Shown: positions 49,215 through 58,625, counted from the first letter of the stretch. The stretch is 64,000 nt of DNA from Candidatus Paceibacter sp. (GCA_020724865.1 DYGA01000001.1:835-64834), one strand, 5' to 3'. Numbers and translations: made by a program. Notes: a model not told the origin generated them from the sequence alone.

Positions 49215-49724
49215 TTATTTTTTCTTTCTCGGAATAAGATATTTTTTACTCTGAGAGGAAATATCAAAAAAATTATCAGCTCTTTCAATCAATCTTTGTG
49301 ATGAACTTTTGCCAAAAGCCACGACTTCTACCTGCACGCCTTGATTTTGTAGATATTCTATCAATGGCTCATAATCACCATCACCAGTTACCAAAACAAT
49401 CACATCTACCCGGGGAGATAACTTAACAGCGTCAATGGTAAGCCCCACATCCCAATCACCTTTTTTCATTCCGCCCGGAAAAACTTGGAGATCTTTAACT
49501 TTAATAGCAAAACCTTGTTTATCCAAAGCTTCAAAAAAACCTTTTTCATCCAAACTATAGGACTGAACAACATAAGCAATGGCTCGAACTAATTTTCTCT
49601 CAGCCACAGCCAATTTCAATATCTCTTGAAAATTTACTCGGCTATTGTATAAACTTTTTGCCGAGTGATACATATTTGCCACATCAACCAATACCGCCAC
49701 TCTTTGTTCTTTACTTCTCATCAT
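49215..49724 (-). CDS. NYN-domain (LabA-like, PIN-fold) protein
   Basis: AVLVDVANMYHSAKSL...DVIVLVTGDGDYEPLIEYLQNQG matches the NYN/LabA pattern. Confidence 0.7.
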   Translation of the reverse strand: MMRSKEQRVAVLVDVANMYHSAKSLYNSRVNFQEILKLAVAERKLVRAIAYVVQSYSLDEKGFFEALDKQGFAIKVKDLQVFPGGMKKGDWDVGLTIDAVKLSPRVDVIVLVTGDGDYEPLIEYLQNQGVQVEVVAFGKSSSQRLIERADNFFDISSQSKKYLIPRKKK

Positions 49725-49735
49725 AAATTATTTTT

Positions 49736-50092
49736 TTATTCTTCTTCCGCCGGAGCTTCCTCTGTCATTTCATCTTCACTTTCTGTCCTAATAAAATCCT
49801 CTTCATCTTCCAAAGTTGTCAAAGGTGTCATTTTGATACCTAATTTTTTACATAATTTGTTGAAACTGTCCTGATTTTCCTTTTCTAAATATCTAAGCAA
49901 CCTTTTTCTTTGGATGACTTTTTTAATCAAACCCCTTCTTGAAGAATGATCTTTCTTATGCTTTTTTAAATGCTTGGTCAATTCATCTATTTCGGCTGAC
50001 AAAATAGCAATCTGAACTTCGCTGGAACCAGTATCACTCTTGTGAGTTCGATATTTTTTTATTATCTCCTCTTTTTTCTTTTTATCTAACAT
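49736..50092 (-). CDS. rpsO: 30S ribosomal protein S15 with ~30-aa acidic C-terminal extension
   Basis: SDTGSSEVQIAILSAEIDELTKHLKKHKKDHSSRRGLIKKVIQRKRLLRYL is S15; start placed at the internal ATG (50092) preceded by AAAGGAA; the ORF-track start at 50140 adds 16 unlikely residues. Confidence 0.85.
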   Translation of the reverse strand: MLDKKKKEEIIKKYRTHKSDTGSSEVQIAILSAEIDELTKHLKKHKKDHSSRRGLIKKVIQRKRLLRYLEKENQDSFNKLCKKLGIKMTPLTTLEDEEDFIRTESEDEMTEEAPAEEE

Positions 50093-50430
50093 AAAATTCC
50101 TTTCGCGGTTTACATAGTAAATGGCTAAGCCAAAAACCAAGAAAACCGTAAATAATTAATAATAAACTTTTCTAATAAATAAAGCACGCTTACTCTAACA
50201 TATTTATCTAAGTTTGACAAGTATTAATAGTTAATTATAAATTGTAAATTTTTAATTATAAATTCAATATTCCTTACTCTATTAAAATTAAATTGCTACA
50301 CGCTGCTTTGAGCGGATTTGATAGGACTAACCATGTTAAATGGCTTGGCATAACCTGTGGTAGATTTAACAGGGTGCATCCTAATTTATTTGCCAGATTT
50401 AAGTTGGTGTCGTAAAATATATTTACAATT

Positions 50431-51408
50431 ATGACAAAAAATAATTCGGTAAATCAACTTTTGAATTTTGGTTTATTGGGCCGTTGGGCTAATGATTTTT
50501 TAAATTACCTAGAAATTGAAAAAGGTAGATCACTGCGAACTGTACGAAATTACAGCTTCTATTTACTTAGATTTTTTATCTGGTTAAATAAAAAAAATCT
50601 AAAACCTAACGATATATCCTTATCTAAAGTAAAACAATATCGTTTGTGGCTAAACCGACAAACCGACCGACATGGCAAAGCATTAAAAAAATCAACACAA
50701 AACTATCACCTGATTGCCCTGAGATCATTTTTAAAATATTTAGCCAAACAAGATGTAAAAACTTTAGCTCCAGAAAAAATTGAACTGGCCAAACAACCAG
50801 AAAGAGAAGTAGATTTTTTGGAAAATGATGATTTAGAAAGATTACTCAAAGCGCCCCAAAACAGTACTCAACCAGAGATTATTAAACTTCGTGACCAAGC
50901 AATTCTAGCAGTGCTTTTTTCCACTGGTTTACGTGTCTCAGAACTAACCTCTTTAACTCGTGAACAGGTAAATTTAAAAAAAGATGAATTTACAGTAAGC
51001 GGCAAAGGAGGGAAAAATCGTCTGGTGTTTCTATCCGACAACGCCAAAATGGCATTGAGTGCCTATTTAGATAAAAGACAAGATATGGATCCATCACTTT
51101 TTGTTGGTCATGATAGAGCTAAAAATAAAAGGGTAAACAAAGATAATAAAGTTGTTCATCCTCTCACTCCCAGAAGTGTTGAAAGATTGATAAAATATTA
51201 TAGTAAAGCAGCGGGTATTACAAAAAAAGTTACCCCCCATACCCTGCGTCACTCTTTTGCCACTGATTTATTACAAAATGGCGCTGATATTAGATCGGTA
51301 CAAGCTATGCTGGGGCATGCCTCTATTACTACTACCCAAATATACACGCACATTACCAATCGTCAGCTTAAAGAAATTCACAAAAATTTCCACCATAAGA
51401 AAACATAA
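50431..51408 (+). CDS. Tyrosine site-specific recombinase, XerC/XerD family
   Basis: N-terminal SAM-like domain; catalytic HTLRHSFAT...LGHASITTTQIYTH with terminal Tyr. Confidence 0.8.
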   Translation: MTKNNSVNQLLNFGLLGRWANDFLNYLEIEKGRSLRTVRNYSFYLLRFFIWLNKKNLKPNDISLSKVKQYRLWLNRQTDRHGKALKKSTQNYHLIALRSFLKYLAKQDVKTLAPEKIELAKQPEREVDFLENDDLERLLKAPQNSTQPEIIKLRDQAILAVLFSTGLRVSELTSLTREQVNLKKDEFTVSGKGGKNRLVFLSDNAKMALSAYLDKRQDMDPSLFVGHDRAKNKRVNKDNKVVHPLTPRSVERLIKYYSKAAGITKKVTPHTLRHSFATDLLQNGADIRSVQAMLGHASITTTQIYTHITNRQLKEIHKNFHHKKT

Positions 51409-51411
51409 ACC

Positions 51412-51505
51412 TAATTATTAATAACTAATTATTAATAAACAATTTAATTTTAAAATTAAAAATAAATAATTCATTAGTTATTAAAAATTAGTAATTAGAA
51501 ATTTT
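51412..51505. repeat. Palindromic AT-rich element of the ATTAGTAATTAGT family between the recombinase gene and tRNA-Arg
   Basis: aataactaattattaataaa ... attcattagttattaaaaattagtaattag. Confidence 0.5.
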
Positions 51506-51550
51506 AAACATTGACCTTTTTCAATTTTTTATATATTTTTATAAAGTTTA

Positions 51551-51625
51551 GCCCCTGTAGTTCAATGGATAGAACACCAGCCTTCTAAGCTGGATATAGA
51601 GGTTCGATTCCTCTCGGGGGCACCA
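51551..51625 (+). tRNA. tRNA-Arg (anticodon UCU), CCA encoded
   Basis: GCCCCTGTAGTTCAATGGATAGAACACCAGCCTTCTAAGCTGGATATAGAGGTTCGATTCCTCTCGGGGGCACCA; anticodon loop CTTCTAA. Confidence 0.85.
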
Positions 51626-51717
51626 GAATCTGACTTTTAGCAAATAAATTCGAGCTGACTAAAAAAACAACCAATAATAAGTATAAAAATTAGTAATTAG
51701 TAATTAATAATTTAAAA

Positions 51718-52428
51718 ATGCATTTACCAAATGATTTTTTAAATCCAGGAACGGCTTCAGCGCTCATGGGAGTTGCAGCTGGCGCTCTAGCTATGGCCAT
51801 AGCCAAAGTTAAACTAAGTATTACCAAAAAAATCAAAGTCCTAAAAGGACAACTGGCTACAGAACCGCAAATTGGCGCCAGTGAAACTGTAAAACTCACT
51901 GCTCAAGGCAAAGAAAAAATTTACGCTATGGCTTCACTTGCGGCTTTGATTTTTGCTTTACAGATGGTTAACTTTCCTATCACCGGCGGCACTAGTGGCC
52001 ATTTTGTTGGCGGGGCTTTGGCATTTTTTGTCCTTGGTCCTTGGGCAGCAATTATCGTTATGTCACTAGTAATTTCCATTCAAGCAATATTTTTTGCTGA
52101 TGGAGGAATCTTGGCACTGGGAGCCAATGTTTTTAATATGGGAATACTTACAGTTTTAACAGCTTACGGAATAAATCTAATTGTAAAAAATAAAAAATTT
52201 TTTTATTTTAAAATACTTATTGGTGCTCTTACTTCAGTTCTGATAGCTGCTTTTGGCACATCTTTGGTAATGATTATCTCCGGTATTACCACATTTACTT
52301 CAATAATGCCGATAATGTTGAAATATCATTTTCTGGTTGGTTTAGGAGAAGGATTAATTACTTGGTTAATAATATTTTTATTTAAAAAATATAATTATCA
52401 ATTGTGGATTTTGGAAAATGAAAAATAA
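51718..52428 (+). CDS. cbiM: CbiM/NikM-family ECF transporter substrate-specific component (metal uptake)
   Basis: N-terminal MHLPNDFL matches the conserved MHIPDGFL start of CbiM/NikM; 5-6 TM helices. Confidence 0.6.
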   Translation: MHLPNDFLNPGTASALMGVAAGALAMAIAKVKLSITKKIKVLKGQLATEPQIGASETVKLTAQGKEKIYAMASLAALIFALQMVNFPITGGTSGHFVGGALAFFVLGPWAAIIVMSLVISIQAIFFADGGILALGANVFNMGILTVLTAYGINLIVKNKKFFYFKILIGALTSVLIAAFGTSLVMIISGITTFTSIMPIMLKYHFLVGLGEGLITWLIIFLFKKYNYQLWILENEK

Positions 52429-52720
52429 ATGGACAATAATTTTTATAATTTCTTTGATTATAGCAGGTGGATTTTCTCTGCTAGCTTCTACCAGTCCTGA
52501 TGGCTTAGAAGCAAGCGCTATAAATATTGGTTTAGATATTGAAGAACAAGCAAACTATAAATCACTTATGCCTGATTATCAAATTTTAGGGATAAAAAAT
52601 GAAATTTTGTCCAGCGCTTTAGCCGGAATCATTGGCACAATTATTGTTTATTTGGTAGTTTTATTAATTAGTAAACTAATCAATAAAAAAGAAAAACAAA
52701 AAAAATTACCAAACACTTGA
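52418..52720 (+). CDS. PDGLE-domain small membrane protein (CbiM-associated)
   Basis: LLASTSPDGLEASAINIGLD contains the PDGLE motif; overlaps the cbiM stop by 11 nt. Confidence 0.5.
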   Translation: MKNKWTIIFIISLIIAGGFSLLASTSPDGLEASAINIGLDIEEQANYKSLMPDYQILGIKNEILSSALAGIIGTIIVYLVVLLISKLINKKEKQKKLPNT

Positions 52721-52755
52721 AACATAAAAATTTATAATTTATACTAACCTATCAT

Positions 52756-52830
52756 GGTGGCTATAGTTTAACGGTAGAACAGCGGGTTGTGGTCCCGCTG
52801 GCGAGGGTTCGACTCCCTCTAGCCACCCCA
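52756..52830 (+). tRNA. tRNA-His (anticodon GUG) with encoded G-1 and CCA
   Basis: G-GTGGCTATAGTTTAACGGTAGAACAGCGGGTTGTGGTCCCGCTGGCGAGGGTTCGACTCCCTCTAGCCAC-C-CCA; extra 5' G pairs with discriminator C, diagnostic of tRNA-His. Confidence 0.85.
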
Positions 52831-52863
52831 TTTTGACTAAAATTGACAGTAGATTTAGATAAG

Positions 52864-52894
52864 AAAAAAACCGCTCCGAGAGGGACGGTTTATA
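52864..52894 (-). terminator. Intrinsic terminator for the 52897-54291 gene (stem AAACCGTCCCTC/GAGCGGTTT then U8)
   Basis: Minus-strand read aaaccgtccctctcggagcggtttttttt; near-identical element at 57790-57818 and related ones at 58654-58680 and 59516-59544. Confidence 0.6.
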
Positions 52895-52896
52895 TT

Positions 52897-54291
52897 CTAT
52901 CTTTTTGCTCCAGAATAAGCGATTGCTCTTACAATATCCCAGTGTACAGCGGTAGAAGGATAATACCCATATAACCAACGAAAGGTTTTTATGGCAACTG
53001 TCTCACTGTTTAAATTTCTATCAGAAGGTCTTAAGCCGTAAGTCATAATAGTCACAGCGGCGTTATCATTTGGATTATTCATATTCGCATTTCTTAAATA
53101 TATTTTACGGAAAGATTCTTTAGCTTGATTTTCCTTTGCTTCATTGCGTTGTGATGGCCATCTGCCGTTTGCTATCTTCAAAACATCTTCCCAGTCGGTT
53201 TGATTTTCTGGCAATTTACCAAAGGCAGAAACAAAAGAATTAACAGCTCCAGCTCTTTCTCCTTCTCCCAACTTAGCTGACATGGGAGAGCCATAAGCTA
53301 TAAACCACTTAAGTCTGTTTCTTGTTTCATTAGATACATTCTTTCCTTTTACTAATGGTCCAACATATTTATTATCAACATCAGATTCTTTATTTTTATT
53401 ATTTAACTGATCCCAGTTACTCCAAATAGAATAAAAATTATCAATCATTAGAGCCGAGGCTTCTAATAAAATATCATCTATTTGTTTTTGTCTGACGTCT
53501 ACTTCAAAACCTAAAACAATTGGGTTTTCCTTTTCAGTCACGTCTACTTTACTATTTAAATTTATACTGACCTGAGCTGAATAACCAGAAAGATTACCTG
53601 TCTTATCAACTGAACGCAAAGAAAAATAATAAGTTACATTATTTGCTAAACCAGTGCTTAGTATGCTTGTACTCGTAACATTATTGTAAACAGCACTGCC
53701 ATATTCCCCGGCAATAGTTGAACGATAAATAACTACATGAGAAAAATCACTATCTAATGGTTTGGTCCAAGAAATTCTAGCGCTAGTATCGCTTACTTTT
53801 GTTACTACAATATTCTGTGGCAAATCTGGCGCAGTGGTATCGCTGGGAGCAAAACCACTACTACCGCTACTACCACTACTTCCTGATGAAGGTTGGGTGG
53901 GTACAATTACCTGTTTTGTAAAATTAAGATTTAATTCCACCACTTTACCTGGTTCAAAAGTTTGATTATAAACTACATTACTAATGCCTGTTATATACTC
54001 TGATTCTCCTGAGAGTTTATATTTAAAAAGTAAATCACCAACATATTCTCCTACTATTAATCTGCTGGCAAAAGGGTCATTATAACCATATATGCCATCT
54101 GATGTCATAATTATCTCTCCGATTTTAACGTCGTTATTATATACGGCAACACTTGTGCCAGCTGGCAAAGCAATGTTATTAAGAGTAGCTTGGCCCCAAA
54201 ATGACATAGGGAAAGCTGGAAAACCATCAACAGCTCCTACTGTTGTGGGAAATAATAAAACAAAAATTGTAGTAAATATTATTTTTTGCAT
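52897..54291 (-). CDS. Secreted protein with fibronectin type III domain and Ser/Gly linker
   Basis: Signal peptide; (SSG)4 linker; FN3-like APDLPQNIVVTKVSDTSARISWTKP...YYFSLRSVDKTGNLSGYS. Confidence 0.5.
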   Translation of the reverse strand: MQKIIFTTIFVLLFPTTVGAVDGFPAFPMSFWGQATLNNIALPAGTSVAVYNNDVKIGEIIMTSDGIYGYNDPFASRLIVGEYVGDLLFKYKLSGESEYITGISNVVYNQTFEPGKVVELNLNFTKQVIVPTQPSSGSSGSSGSSGFAPSDTTAPDLPQNIVVTKVSDTSARISWTKPLDSDFSHVVIYRSTIAGEYGSAVYNNVTSTSILSTGLANNVTYYFSLRSVDKTGNLSGYSAQVSINLNSKVDVTEKENPIVLGFEVDVRQKQIDDILLEASALMIDNFYSIWSNWDQLNNKNKESDVDNKYVGPLVKGKNVSNETRNRLKWFIAYGSPMSAKLGEGERAGAVNSFVSAFGKLPENQTDWEDVLKIANGRWPSQRNEAKENQAKESFRKIYLRNANMNNPNDNAAVTIMTYGLRPSDRNLNSETVAIKTFRWLYGYYPSTAVHWDIVRAIAYSGAKR

Positions 54292-54320
54292 ATAATTAAT
54301 TGCTTTGCAACTAAAAAATT

Positions 54321-56165
54321 TTATTTCTGTAGAGTTTGTAAATCAGATGGTAAAGTCTTCACATATAGACCACTAGCCCAATCAGCAGAACCTGTTGAGT
54401 GTGGTACGGCTGACATATCAGACCAGATGAAGAGACGGCTACCAATCAAGGCATTGATAGTGCCTGTTTGTGTAGCAGAATCTGTTACTAATCCAGTTTG
54501 AACATTGTCACCGGTAACGATTGTGCCACCAATAGTAGCTTTCAACTCATAAGTCTTGCTGGATGCAGCAGCAATCTGTTCTGGAGTGGTCAAACTAATC
54601 TTGAGACCACTGGCAGTAAAGGCTGTGCTAGAAGCAGACAAAGCTGTTGGATTACCTGACACATACAAAGCTGGGGAAGATAAGGTTACGCTTCCTGAAG
54701 TGGCTGTAGTCCAAGTCAAGGTAGAAAGTTCAACAGAACCCTTGGCATCAGCTGCCACCGTGAACTTGGAAATCACTTGAGTACCAGCACCAAGAACTGT
54801 AGTTGGTAAACCAACCAAGGTTACAGTCGGTCTGGTCTTTCTTACTACCATGTCATTGCCATTGATATTTGAGGCTGACACATTTGTACCAGTAGTTTCA
54901 GTCAAACCTGAACCTTTACCAACGTGTTTGTAAGTTGCAGAAACATCCCAATTTATACTACCAGTACCACCTGAGATGGTTCCAGATGATAAGGCTGGGA
55001 CATCAATGTAAACTTTCAACACAGCAGTATTGTCTCTGGCAACAAACATTGTTAAGCCAGTGAAGGTTACTGTGCCTGAAGCCATATAACCAACAGCAGT
55101 ACCTGTGCCACCACCTTGAACTGGATATTCCAAAGTTACAGCGCCAACATGAGGTTGAATACCAGAATCAGCAGTAAAGGTTAATTCTTGTACTTCGAAA
55201 TCTTCATACTGAGCTGTGAACTTGATTGCGTTCATTAGGACTTTGCTAGTACCAGCCAATACTATATCAGCATCTGGTTTGGAAGCATCAGCAGCAGCAG
55301 TTAACGAAGGTATAACTATTGTAATCATTTGTAATAAAGCGTCATTGGAAACCATATTTGGACCTTGAGCAGATAAACTAAAATATATATTGCCTGGTTG
55401 TGCATCTGATTTTATGTCAGCATAGATATCTATCACCTTTGAACCTGATGATGGAATAACTAAATTAACAGTAAAATTATTAACTGCTTCTGGTATCTGC
55501 TTAACTGAACCAATTTGAGTTCCACCATCTTTTAAATACATATTGGCAATATATGAAGATGTTAAAACAGAAGACGATACTGTCAAATTAGTTATATTTA
55601 CCGCCCCTTCATTACTGGCTGTTAATACGGCGCTGCCCACTTTGACAGATTGAGAACCTAAAGCAAAATTCTGATTACCGTAGGCAACATATTTTGTTAT
55701 TGTTAAACCTCCCTGTGAAACTGTTAATTCGTTAGCTGCTGAATCAAATAATGGGGCATTAAAAATTGTATTGGTAGTTAAACCAATAGCATTATTTGTA
55801 TTTCCGACTAATGTAATCAGTATAGTATCATCAACATTAAATACTCCGCCGTCGGATTTATAAACATCAGCCCTTATTTCCAAAACACCCGAGGTATTAC
55901 TGGGAATAATTAAACTGGAACCGAATGAAAAAAGTGTATCAGTATCTTCAATTAAATCTTGGGATAAACCTATTTGAGTGCCGTTATAAAATACTTTCAC
56001 ATTTTTAAGACCGCCTAAAACAGAAGTGTTTACTTTAAACTTTAATTCATTAATTTTAATGTTTTCATTAGTTGCATGTAATTTCCACCTAGCCATAGTT
56101 ATATTACTTGCTCCATTAGGAATTCCTCCTGATGGTGAAAGTAAAGGATCAAAAATAACTGACAA
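54321..56165 (-). CDS. Thr/Ser/Gly/Val-rich repetitive putative surface protein
   Basis: ORF track; first codon is TTG, so the true start is uncertain; composition and repeated beta-strand-like motifs resemble the partial gene at 1-1973. Confidence 0.45.
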   Translation of the reverse strand: MSVIFDPLLSPSGGIPNGASNITMARWKLHATNENIKINELKFKVNTSVLGGLKNVKVFYNGTQIGLSQDLIEDTDTLFSFGSSLIIPSNTSGVLEIRADVYKSDGGVFNVDDTILITLVGNTNNAIGLTTNTIFNAPLFDSAANELTVSQGGLTITKYVAYGNQNFALGSQSVKVGSAVLTASNEGAVNITNLTVSSSVLTSSYIANMYLKDGGTQIGSVKQIPEAVNNFTVNLVIPSSGSKVIDIYADIKSDAQPGNIYFSLSAQGPNMVSNDALLQMITIVIPSLTAAADASKPDADIVLAGTSKVLMNAIKFTAQYEDFEVQELTFTADSGIQPHVGAVTLEYPVQGGGTGTAVGYMASGTVTFTGLTMFVARDNTAVLKVYIDVPALSSGTISGGTGSINWDVSATYKHVGKGSGLTETTGTNVSASNINGNDMVVRKTRPTVTLVGLPTTVLGAGTQVISKFTVAADAKGSVELSTLTWTTATSGSVTLSSPALYVSGNPTALSASSTAFTASGLKISLTTPEQIAAASSKTYELKATIGGTIVTGDNVQTGLVTDSATQTGTINALIGSRLFIWSDMSAVPHSTGSADWASGLYVKTLPSDLQTLQK

Positions 56166-56219
56166 GGTGCCTGGTAAATTAACTGGTTCATTATTCTGAA
56201 AACCGCTGTAGGTACAACT

Positions 56220-56873
56220 CTAATTGGTAGTAAAAACTGCGTAAGCTTTTAGCTCTCTTAGATCATTTAATTGATTGACTTCATTCCAAACTTTCTGTTC
56301 CCATTGGTCACTTACTTTTACCGAACCTTTGTCTAATTCTCCTGCAGTCAAATCCATAACATGAGACACACAGCCAGAAAGAGATGAAAAAATATTTGTC
56401 ACATTATCATAATCCGTTCCCCCGATATAATTATTATTTAAAGCATAAGAAGGATTGGCTATACCTAATACATTCCAACCTATATCTAATGTCCTGCTAA
56501 ATAATCTTTCATTGGGCTCAACATCCTGTTTGTATTCTAATGTCAATGTTTGATCAGACCCAGTTTTATTATTTATAAAATAACCATATAAAGGTATAAA
56601 CTCTGTTTGCCCTAATTCTGCCATGGTTTTCCATCCAGATAATGCTGTATTATCCAAAACTAAAATATCAAAATTAGCTAGAGTTTCTTCAGCTGAAAAT
56701 ATATGGGAATCCACTAATCTAGGCACTGAAATTAGATTCCAACCATTCTTTAAATTTACAGTCTGGTCATATTCGCCTGCTTTAGACGAACTTACTTTAA
56801 ATCCAAAAAAAAGTAAGATTAATAAAATTATAAGTAGACTTTTTTTCATCATAAATTTGTTATTAAAATTCAA
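56220..56873 (-). CDS. Secreted hypothetical protein
   Basis: Signal peptide MMKKSLLIILLILLFFGFKVSSSKA; directly upstream of the repetitive surface protein. Confidence 0.5.
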   Translation of the reverse strand: MNFNNKFMMKKSLLIILLILLFFGFKVSSSKAGEYDQTVNLKNGWNLISVPRLVDSHIFSAEETLANFDILVLDNTALSGWKTMAELGQTEFIPLYGYFINNKTGSDQTLTLEYKQDVEPNERLFSRTLDIGWNVLGIANPSYALNNNYIGGTDYDNVTNIFSSLSGCVSHVMDLTAGELDKGSVKVSDQWEQKVWNEVNQLNDLRELKAYAVFTTN

Positions 56874-57068
56874 ACTAGTATATATAAATTATATCAATTT
56901 ATCAATTAAAAATTCCCCAAACAAACGCATGGGGAATTGCTTACTAAATTATCCTGTGTTTACTGCCTTTTGTCAAATATATAATTAATATGATACATAT
57001 GATTTATACAAAATGTACTTCCCCCATTTCTTTAGACACGAACCTTGTTAGTTACATTGTATGCGATA

Positions 57069-57157
57069 GCCGCCAAACGTGCAAATTGCTGTGGCGGCAT
57101 TTTTAGTGCGGCTGATAATTTGCTCTTTTAGATCCGGAGCAATTTTATGTTTTTTTA
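57069..57157 (+). terminator. Two tandem plus-strand intrinsic terminator-like hairpins with no plus-strand ORF upstream (candidate 3' end of a small RNA)
   Basis: gccgccaaacgtgcaaattgctgtggcggcattttta, then ttgctcttttagatccggagcaattttatgttttttt. Confidence 0.4.
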
Positions 57158-57259
57158 TAGGTCTTGTATAATTACTGTTTAATTATATTATACAAGATTA
57201 GTGTTCAAAATTTGGGGGAGGGCCACTATCTTTTTTATAATTTATTTTTATATAACCAA

Positions 57260-57526
57260 CTATAATTTATTTCTATTTTTTATCAATTTAAACATCATTA
57301 TAATGAAAAATAAAATAACAATAATATCTATGAATCCCCACAATGTTTTATATCTTAAATAAATTAGTATTATAGGATTGAATAAAATAGCAATACTAAC
57401 TAAACACCAAAATAAAAGATTTTGTTTTTTAAAAACTTCATAAATATAATATGCATAATAAATAGAAGAACCAGTAACTACAAATTTCATAAAAGTATAA
57501 TCCATAAGGCCAATCAAAAAAGACAA
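57260..57526 (-). CDS. Small three-TM membrane protein
   Basis: ORF track; hydrophobic helices throughout. Confidence 0.4.
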   Translation of the reverse strand: MSFLIGLMDYTFMKFVVTGSSIYYAYYIYEVFKKQNLLFWCLVSIAILFNPIILIYLRYKTLWGFIDIIVILFFIIMMFKLIKNRNKL

Positions 57527-57700
57527 TAAAAGAAATATAGATGATACAATTACTGGTTAATAAAATAAATTTTTTTATTCATAATAATTTAAAATTATAA
57601 TCAGTCATCACAAGTAATATTTTCTAATATTCCGCCTGATTTATAACAAGGCACTTCCACATAACATCGTGTCTTTGTTAATCTTCCATTTTCATTCTCC

Positions 57701-57779
57701 AACTCTTGTAACCACAACTTTAATTCTTTAATCAAGGGGTTCCAAAATCGCACCTGGCGGGATTCCATTCAGACCCATT
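57701..57779. repeat. Copy 1 of a ~75-bp duplicated element (core GATTTTGGAAC...TTAAAGTTGTGGTTACAAGA on the minus strand); second copy at 58555-58625
   Basis: Direct comparison of the two minus-strand reads; copy 1 is embedded in an unlisted 55-codon ORF (57601-57768, minus). Confidence 0.55.
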
Positions 57780-57789
57780 TATACCTATG

Positions 57790-57818
57790 AAAAAAACGCT
57801 CCGAGAGGGGCGGTTTTA
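57790..57818 (-). terminator. Intrinsic terminator (stem AAACCGCCCCTC/GAGCGTTT then U-tract), sister of the 52864 element
   Basis: Minus-strand read aaaccgcccctctcggagcgtttttttc overlapping the stop of the 57816-58490 gene. Confidence 0.55.
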
Positions 57819-58490
57819 TTTATCGGAATAATTATCATTTTTAATCTCTACGTTCTTAATATATTTAAGTGGTAATTCTTTTGGAAACATAATTTCTGGA
57901 CTTAATCTATTAAAATTTCTAAATTTATCTTTCTTACCTTCTATATTTTTCTCTAATAAAGCTTCTCCTAAATAATCATTAATTTCATCTTTAACTTTAG
58001 GGCCACCAAAAAACCATTCTTTATTAGGTAAACTATTTATATATTTTATTAAATAATTTATAAAATCTTTTCCTTCTATAATTGATTTGCGAAAATATTC
58101 TTTATCATCGTCATCAACAGCATAATGTAACCATTCGCCGGCAGTAGCTACCTTTGTCCCTTCAATATTCAATGCTGATAAATCTATCTCAAGAATTACA
58201 TCGCCATAATTTTGTGGTTTATGTGATGCAAACACAAATTCATCTCTACCTTCTTCTCTATCTAAATAACCAGTACTAGTATCTTCATAATAACCAAATT
58301 CATTTTTACTTATCATTCCTCTTTTGACTAACTCCTTTTCGCTTAATAATGCTCCTTGTTTTTTTATTTTTTCCCATTTCTCCTTAGTGGTAGAATGATA
58401 TAATTTTAATCTTTCCAAGATTTCTTTTTCAGTAATTTCTTTTTCAATTATTTTTTTATTTTCAAAAGAATTGTTTTTTTCAAATACCAT
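57816..58490 (-). CDS. Hypothetical protein; weak, unverified resemblance to ADP-ribosyltransferase-fold proteins (YHST...DEFVFASH)
   Basis: ORF track; LKLYHSTTKEKWEKIKKQGALLS resembles the DarT/ART N-terminal strand-helix pattern LYHxTH..NL..IL..G.L; no catalytic motif confirmed. Confidence 0.4.
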   Translation of the reverse strand: MVFEKNNSFENKKIIEKEITEKEILERLKLYHSTTKEKWEKIKKQGALLSEKELVKRGMISKNEFGYYEDTSTGYLDREEGRDEFVFASHKPQNYGDVILEIDLSALNIEGTKVATAGEWLHYAVDDDDKEYFRKSIIEGKDFINYLIKYINSLPNKEWFFGGPKVKDEINDYLGEALLEKNIEGKKDKFRNFNRLSPEIMFPKELPLKYIKNVEIKNDNYSDK

Positions 58491-58554
58491 ACTTGCTTAT
58501 TTATATTAATATTACCTATATTCTACCAAAATCCCATCTAAACCACTATCACCA

Positions 58555-58625
58555 ATCTTGTAACCACAACTTTAACTCTTCTATAAAGATGTTCCAAAAT
58601 CTCAACTGATGGTGCCCCTATTTTC
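58555..58625. repeat. Copy 2 of the ~75-bp duplicated element, immediately upstream of the 57816-58490 start; carries only a truncated 17-codon remnant of the copy-1 small ORF
   Basis: Minus-strand read ...gattttggaacatctttatagaagagttaaagttgtggttacaagattgg... Confidence 0.55.

Noticed and set aside
52739-52978. 79-aa minus-strand ORF
   Set aside because: Covers tRNA-His and a terminator hairpin; no coding signature
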